DNA from: Alphaproteobacteria bacterium
GTDB lineage: Bacteria; Pseudomonadota; Alphaproteobacteria; SP197
Assembly (NCBI GenBank): GCA_965228895.1
Contig: OZ245842.1
Coordinates: 4,704,001 to 4,768,000 of the forward strand
Length of the DNA: 64,000 nt
Reading direction: 5' to 3'
Part shown: positions 58,411 to 64,000 of the stretch, piece by piece
How positions within the stretch are numbered: position 1 is the stretch's first letter
Layout of the letters: every line of letters starts with the position of its first letter
Position numbers and translations under genes: made by a program
The notes under the pieces: model-generated
Databases searched by the model: none
Seen by the model: the letters and a program-made list of their open reading frames with translations, nothing else
What the model was told of the DNA's origin: nothing

Positions 58411-59163
58411 TCAGAGCCGCCACGCGGTGTGGAGTGCCGCAACGCCGCCGGTCAGGTTGGCGACCTTAACGTGGGCAAGACCGGCATCATCGACCATCTG
58501 CGCAAACACATTCTGATCGGGAAAGCGCCGAATGCTCTCGACAAGATAACGATAGGAGTCGGGATCGCCCGCAACGAGACCGCCCAGGCGCGGCAGAACC
58601 GTATCGGAATAGGCGCGGTAGGCACGATCAAGAACCGGCAGCACGACATGGCTGAATTCCAGACAGGCAAACCGCCCGCCCGGCTTCAGCACACGGCGCG
58701 CTTCATCGAGCGCGCGGTCGACATGGGTGACGTTGCGAATGCCGAACGCGATCGTATAGGCATCAGCCGAACCTCTAGCCAACGGCAAGGCCTCGGCATC
58801 ACCGCAGACCCATGTCAGATTGTCGATCAGGCCACGGTCATAGGCGCGGTCGCGCCCGACATCCAGCATAGCCGGGTTGATATCGACCAGGGTGACAGCA
58901 GCACCCTGGTCGATCATGCGAAACGCAATGTCGCCGGTGCCGCCCGCCACATCAACAACGTGTTGACCGGCTCTTGGCTTGACCGCCGCGACCATCTGAC
59001 GTTTCCACAGACGATGCACGCCGGCGCTCATCAGATCGTTCATCAGGTCGTAGCGCGGCGCCACGCTCTCGAAGACGTCGCGCACCAGGCCGGACTTTTC
59101 GTCCTCACCCACAACGCGATCGCCGAAACGCGTTGCGTGGTCGTTGTTTCCGTCGCCCAACAT
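58411..59163 (-). CDS. ubiE: Ubiquinone/menaquinone C-methyltransferase
   Basis: '[13 protein letters not shown]', 'DVAGGTGD', 'AFGIRNV', '[10 protein letters not shown]'. Confidence 0.95.
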   Translation of the reverse strand: MLGDGNNDHATRFGDRVVGEDEKSGLVRDVFESVAPRYDLMNDLMSAGVHRLWKRQMVAAVKPRAGQHVVDVAGGTGDIAFRMIDQGAAVTLVDINPAMLDVGRDRAYDRGLIDNLTWVCGDAEALPLARGSADAYTIAFGIRNVTHVDRALDEARRVLKPGGRFACLEFSHVVLPVLDRAYRAYSDTVLPRLGGLVAGDPDSYRYLVESIRRFPDQNVFAQMVDDAGLAHVKVANLTGGVAALHTAWRL

Positions 59164-59212
59164 GGCGGCGACCATAGCGCGCGCCCACAAAGGGCGCTAG
59201 TTTCGCCACACC

Positions 59213-60046
59213 ATGCCGGAACTACCCGAAGTCGAGACCGTCAGACGTGGGCTTCAACCGATCTTGGAGCGGCGCGTGTTGACGCGTGTCGAACAGCGCC
59301 GTCCCGATCTGCGCATTCCGTTTCCCGATGACTTTGTCGCGCGGCTTGAAGGACACCGTGTCGACGCGCTGCGCCGCCGCGCGAAGTATCTCCTGCTTGA
59401 TCTTGATGACGGCACGGTGGTCATCGCGCATCTCGGCATGTCCGGGCGCATGATCGTCAGACCGAAGGGCAGCAACGCGCCGCTCGAAACGCATGACCAT
59501 GTCATCTTGCACACCGATCAGGGGTCAAGCGTCGTCTATAACGATGCACGGCGCTTCGGTTTGATGACATTGACGGATCGAGACCACGAGTCGTCGCATC
59601 CCTTGTTGCGCCATCTGGCACCTGATCCGACCGAAGCCGATTTCACGGGACCGCATCTAGCCGATCGTTTGGCGGGGAAAAGAACGCCGATCAAAGCAGC
59701 GCTTCTCGATCAAACGGTGATTGGCGGTGTCGGCAACATCTATGCGTCCGAAGCGCTTCATCGCGCCGGCATTTCACCGCGACGCCTGGCGGCAAGCATC
59801 AAGCGCCAGCGCGCGGAACGCTTGGCCTCTGCCGTGCGCGAAGTCATCGCCGAAGCGATCGACGCGGGCGGTTCGTCACTGCGCGATTACGTGCAGGCCG
59901 ATGGTGAACTCGGCTACTTCCAGCATCGCTGGCGCGTCTATGACCGCGAGGACCAGCCATGCCCAACACCAGGCTGCCATGGTTTGGTCAAACGGATCGT
60001 TCAATCGAACCGCTCGACATTCTATTGCGGTTTCTGCCAACGTTGA
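59213..60046 (+). CDS. mutM: Formamidopyrimidine-DNA glycosylase
   Basis: N-terminal MPELPEVE, 'HLGMSG', 'GVGNIY', C-terminal zinc finger. Confidence 0.97.
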   Translation: MPELPEVETVRRGLQPILERRVLTRVEQRRPDLRIPFPDDFVARLEGHRVDALRRRAKYLLLDLDDGTVVIAHLGMSGRMIVRPKGSNAPLETHDHVILHTDQGSSVVYNDARRFGLMTLTDRDHESSHPLLRHLAPDPTEADFTGPHLADRLAGKRTPIKAALLDQTVIGGVGNIYASEALHRAGISPRRLAASIKRQRAERLASAVREVIAEAIDAGGSSLRDYVQADGELGYFQHRWRVYDREDQPCPTPGCHGLVKRIVQSNRSTFYCGFCQR

Positions 60047-60048
60047 TC

Positions 60049-60411
60049 ATGACCTCACGCCTTCTCATCGCAGCACTGCTTTCCATCGCGCTGTCGCATC
60101 CTCTCAGCGCCAATAACGACAGCACCTTTGTCGCCGGCATCGGCGACCTGCCGTTGATGGAGGGCCTGACCGAAGATCCCGACTCCGCGATCATTTATGA
60201 CAAACCCGAAGGACGTATTGTCGAGGCCATCGCACACGGTGATGTCTCGGCCGAAGACGTCCGCGCCTTTTATGGCGACACCCTGGTTCAGCTTGGCTGG
60301 CAGGCAAGCGGTGACGACATGATCTTCACCCGCGAAGGCGAAGTCCTGACGATCATGGTGGACGACGACGGGAACGTGGCGACCGTCAGCTTTTCGCTCG
60401 CGCCACGTTGA
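60049..60411 (+). CDS. Exported hypothetical protein
   Basis: Signal peptide, 'DLPLMEGL', 'DKPEGRIVE', 'FYGDTLVQLGW'. Confidence 0.7.
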   Translation: MTSRLLIAALLSIALSHPLSANNDSTFVAGIGDLPLMEGLTEDPDSAIIYDKPEGRIVEAIAHGDVSAEDVRAFYGDTLVQLGWQASGDDMIFTREGEVLTIMVDDDGNVATVSFSLAPR

Positions 60412-60536
60412 TGGTGTCGAACGCCCGAGCCTAGTCGATCAAGCGACCGCGAATCGCCGGGTATGCTGCGATTGACGATGCCCCGGCCCACCGCTATAAC
60501 CCGCCTCCCAATTTCACCAAGATAAACGAGACGATC

Positions 60537-60797
60537 ATGGCCAATTCGGCACAAGCCCGTAAGCGCGTCCGCCAGACGCAGCGCCGCACAACCGTTAACC
60601 GCGCGCGCCTTAGCCGCATCCGTACCTATGTCAAAAAAGTCGAGACGGCGATCGCCACCGGCGACAAGGAAGCCGCGAAGGCCGCATTGAAAGATGCGCA
60701 GCCTGAATTGATGCGCGGCGCGAAGGTCGGGGTGTTGCACAAAAACACCGCGTCGCGAAAAGTGTCGCGTCTTTCCCGTCGCGTCGCACAGATGTAA
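60537..60797 (+). CDS. rpsT: 30S ribosomal protein S20
   Basis: '[10 protein letters not shown]', '[12 protein letters not shown]'; upstream of dnaA. Confidence 0.97.
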   Translation: MANSAQARKRVRQTQRRTTVNRARLSRIRTYVKKVETAIATGDKEAAKAALKDAQPELMRGAKVGVLHKNTASRKVSRLSRRVAQM

Positions 60798-60834
60798 CGA
60801 CGCGCGCCACAGGGCGCGCACACTTTGCGTTTTC

Positions 60835-60869
60835 AAACGCGTCGGATGACACCATCCGGCGCGTTTTTT
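60835..60869 (+). terminator. Rho-independent terminator after rpsT
   Basis: AAACGCGTCGGATG-ACAC-CATCCGGCGCGTTT hairpin followed by a T run. Confidence 0.7.
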
Positions 60870-61172
60870 CTTACTCGGCGAAAAAGTGGTTTTGCTACTT
60901 CTAGTTGCTGTCATTCGTGACGGGCTCATGTTCGCGTCATAACCCCATTGTGCGCGCTTCCGCGGTTGAATTAAGGTGATCGCCAGGTCGAGGGTTCCGG
61001 CCAACAAAAAATCCTAAGAACAGCAGGTCTGTTCGGCGAAAGCCTCCAACGAAGGGGTCGTACGTTAGCCCCGTCGCGAGAGAAGTCGTCTCGAGATTTG
61101 GAACCGCAGACTTTTTGGAGTCGTGCTGCATCGCCCATAAGGGGATGCACCAGGGGGTGATACGAAGTCGTG

Positions 61173-61185
61173 CAACTCATTGATA
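61173..61185 (-). promoter_or_regulatory. IHF consensus site in dnaA upstream region
   Basis: TATCAATGAGTTG on the minus strand matches WATCAANNNNTTR exactly, with an adjacent A/T tract. Confidence 0.5.
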
Positions 61186-61378
61186 CCAAAAGAAAAATTC
61201 AAACACCGCAAAATCGTAGTTGGGCGCGGTGCAACAGTGTCGATGCGAACGAAGCCGTCATGAACCATGCGCAACATTGTTTGTCGCGTTCACAGGAAAC
61301 GGCCGACTCGTTGAGAATCCTTACCGACTCGTTACATGGCCACGTGACGTGGCGTTGACGCAGATGGGGAAAACATCG

Positions 61379-62806
61379 ATGGCCGTTGAAGCCGTAACTC
61401 TTGATCATGATGTCGAGGAGCAATGGAAGCGCGTACGAGGTCGCTTAAGGGCAGAACTTGGCGAGGCAGCATTCAAGACATGGTTGCGCCCGCTATCGCT
61501 GGACGGTGTCGCCGATGGCGAGGTCGTTATGCGGGTGCCCAGCGGCAACATGCGCGAATGGGTGATGTCGCGTTGCGGCCAGCGTTTGCGCGATCTGTGG
61601 CTGGGCGAGAACGACGGCATCACGGGGATCAGTATCCAGGTCGGTGCACCGCGCCAGGCGCCCGCGCGCCGATCCATGGCCAGCGCGCGCGCCCAGGCCG
61701 CCACCACCGCCGTGCAGGTCAGTGACATGAATGGCAGCAATCGCTCCGCGACCGTCACCCATATCGATGACGTCAACGCCTTCGAAGCGACCCTCGATTC
61801 GCGCTTTACGTTCGACGACTTCGTTGTCGGCAAGCCCAACGAGTTCGCCCATGCCGCCGCGCGCCGAGTCGCGGAGGCCGAAAAGGTTACTTTCAACCCG
61901 CTTTTCCTTTATGGCGGCGTTGGCCTGGGCAAGACCCATCTGATGCATGCCATCGCCTGGCATATCCGCCGGACCACGCCTGAGCGGCGCGTGCTCTACA
62001 TGTCGGCTGAAAAGTTCATGTACAAGTTCATCCGGGCGCTGCGCTTCAAGACCCAGGTGGACTTCAAGGAGCAGTTCCGCTCGGTCGACGTCCTGATGAT
62101 CGACGACATCCAGTTCATTGCCGGCAAGGAATCGACCCAGGAAGAGTTCTTCCACACCTTCAACGCGCTGGTCGATCAGAACCGCCAGGTGGTGATTTCC
62201 GGTGATCGCTCACCGTCGGACCTCGACAACATGGAAGAACGTCTGCGCTCGCGGCTCGGCTGGGGCCTGGTGGCCGACATCCACCCGACCGATTATGAGC
62301 TCCGGCTCGGCATTCTGGAGGCCAAGAACGCCCAGATCAGCGATGTCGAGGTGCCGCGCCGGGTCATGGAGTTCCTGGCCCACAAGATCACGTCGAATGT
62401 CCGTGAGCTGGAAGGCGCGCTCAACCGCATCACCGCCCATGCCCAACTCGTCGGGCGCCCGGTTTCGCTGGAATCGAGCCAGGAGCTCCTGCGCGACCTC
62501 TTAAGGGCCCAAGACCGGCGGGTGACGATCGAGGAAATCCAGAAAAAGGTCGCCGAACATTTCAACATCCGCATGGCCGATATGGTGTCGGCCCGCAAGC
62601 AGCGAGCGATCGCGCGGCCACGCCAGATCGCCATGTATCTGGCCAAGCGTTTGACCTCCCGGTCGCTGCCGGAAATCGGCCGAAAGTTCGGTGGCCGGGA
62701 CCACACGACGGTCATGCACGGGGTGCGCAAGGTCGAACAATTGAAGAGCCAAGACCCCGCCTTTCGCGAGGATGTGGACCTTCTCGAGCGCATGCTAGAA
62801 AACTAA
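61379..62806 (+). CDS. dnaA: Chromosomal replication initiator DnaA
   Basis: 'FNPLFLYGGVGLGKTHL', 'DDIQF', 'QEEFFHTFN', 'NVRELEGAL', 'RDHTTVMH'. Confidence 0.98.
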   Translation: MAVEAVTLDHDVEEQWKRVRGRLRAELGEAAFKTWLRPLSLDGVADGEVVMRVPSGNMREWVMSRCGQRLRDLWLGENDGITGISIQVGAPRQAPARRSMASARAQAATTAVQVSDMNGSNRSATVTHIDDVNAFEATLDSRFTFDDFVVGKPNEFAHAAARRVAEAEKVTFNPLFLYGGVGLGKTHLMHAIAWHIRRTTPERRVLYMSAEKFMYKFIRALRFKTQVDFKEQFRSVDVLMIDDIQFIAGKESTQEEFFHTFNALVDQNRQVVISGDRSPSDLDNMEERLRSRLGWGLVADIHPTDYELRLGILEAKNAQISDVEVPRRVMEFLAHKITSNVRELEGALNRITAHAQLVGRPVSLESSQELLRDLLRAQDRRVTIEEIQKKVAEHFNIRMADMVSARKQRAIARPRQIAMYLAKRLTSRSLPEIGRKFGGRDHTTVMHGVRKVEQLKSQDPAFREDVDLLERMLEN

Positions 62807-62992
62807 GTTATTTCAATAACTTACGACACCGCCGCCAGGGCCGTAAAACTGGCGGCGGGCGTCCTTGTCTGCTAATCTCATCTAATTGTTTCCGGCCCTG
62901 CCGTACGCTATCCGTTCGCGCCCAGTTTCGGGCGCAGCGAACGGGTGGTTTGCGGGCAGCGGCCAACCATTAGCAACGCGCAGGTTTGTCCC

Positions 62993-64000
62993 ATGAAGTT
63001 GACCATCGAGCGCGCCGTCCTGTTGAGGGCGCTGGCCCATGTGCAGAGTGTTGTCGAGCGGCGCAACACCATCCCGATCCTGTCGAATGTGCGGCTGGAG
63101 GCCGAGGACGGCAGTCTTCGCCTGACCGCCACCGACATGGATCTGGAGGTCGTTGAGGCCGTGCCGGCCGACTTGGCGGTCGCCGGCGCAACAACCGCCC
63201 CGGCCCATACGCTCTATGACATCTGCCGCAAGCTGCCGGAAGGCGCGGAGGTGGCGCTCGACACGACGGGCGACGCAGGCCGGCTCGATATCGCGTGCGG
63301 GCGCATCAACTTCCGCCTGCCCTGCCTGCCGCCCGAGGACTTCCCGGTCATGTCGGGCGGCGAATTCAGCCACCACTTCGCCCTGCCGGCCAGCGAGTTG
63401 CGCCGCCTGATCGACAAGACGCGGTTTGCCGTCTCGACCGAGGAGACCCGCTATTACCTGAACGGCATCTATCTGCACTGCGCCGAAGGTGAAGACGGCC
63501 AGGCCCTGCGCGCGGTCGCGACCGACGGCCACCGCCTGGCCAGGGTCGATTCCGACCTGCCGGACGGCGCCGACGGCATGCCGGGCGTGATCGTGCCGCG
63601 CAAGGCGATCGGCGAATTGAGGAAGCTGATCGACGAAATGGACGGCGCGGTCCAGATCGACATGTCGGATACCAAGATCCGCTACACGTTCGACACGGTC
63701 GTCCTGACCACCAAGCTGATCGACGGCACGTTCCCGGATTACGAACGGGTGATCCCGCAGAACAACGACAAGATGCTGGAGATCGACAGCCGGCCCTTTA
63801 TCGACGCCGTCGACCGCATGGCGGCGATCTCGACCGATAAGTCGCGCTCGATCAAGCTGGCGCTCGACAGTGACAAACTGATGCTCTCGGCCAACAGCCC
63901 GGACAGCGCATCGGGCGAGGAGGAATTGCCTGTCGAGTTTGCCGGGCCGGGCCTGGAGATCGGCTTCAACTCCCGCTATGTGCTTGATATGACGAGCCAT
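62993..64000 (+). CDS. dnaN: DNA polymerase III beta clamp (3' truncated by window edge)
   Basis: 'VVERRNTIPILSNV', 'ATDMD', 'EETRYYLNG', 'ATDGHRL', 'KLIDGTFPDY'; not in the ORF track because it has no stop in the window. Confidence 0.97.
   Translation, partial: MKLTIERAVLLRALAHVQSVVERRNTIPILSNVRLEAEDGSLRLTATDMDLEVVEAVPADLAVAGATTAPAHTLYDICRKLPEGAEVALDTTGDAGRLDIACGRINFRLPCLPPEDFPVMSGGEFSHHFALPASELRRLIDKTRFAVSTEETRYYLNGIYLHCAEGEDGQALRAVATDGHRLARVDSDLPDGADGMPGVIVPRKAIGELRKLIDEMDGAVQIDMSDTKIRYTFDTVVLTTKLIDGTFPDYERVIPQNNDKMLEIDSRPFIDAVDRMAAISTDKSRSIKLALDSDKLMLSANSPDSASGEEELPVEFAGPGLEIGFNSRYVLDMTSH

Noticed and set aside
60798-61378. oriC between rpsT and dnaA
   Set aside because: An IHF site and GANTC cluster are present, but I found no TTATCCACA-like DnaA boxes, and alphaproteobacterial origins are often elsewhere (near hemE). 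GC-skew analysis would be needed.

Overview
GC-rich alphaproteobacterial (Rhodospirillales-like) chromosomal window ending in the rpsT-dnaA-dnaN region. The conserved backbone is: the ethylmalonyl-CoA genes (ecm, ccr, mcd); pduO-etfBA-hbd; argH-lptM-lysA; zitP-like/ftsEX/ydcF/plsC; a class II ribonucleotide reductase (nrdJ) carrying a LAGLIDADG intein at its catalytic cysteine; metXW; chorismate mutase-hisC-tyrC; moeB-dut-coaBC; ubiB-ubiE; mutM. Accessory metabolic genes are interleaved. The most striking is a choline sulfatase gene divergent from an operon in which a FosA-like (fosfomycin-resistance family) VOC enzyme sits translationally coupled between TmpA-like and TmpB/PhnZ-like phosphonate oxygenases. 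Other observations: three families of palindromic intergenic repeats (one with covarying stems that lands on TAG stop codons, one with a nested hairpin), a symmetric bidirectional promoter/operator, two small lipoprotein genes missed by the ORF track, a cupin gene with an in-frame TGA, a ureohydrolase with an altered metal site, and tandem paralog pairs. No tRNA, rRNA, CRISPR array, transposase or integrase was recognised. All family assignments come from motif recognition by eye; no searches were run.
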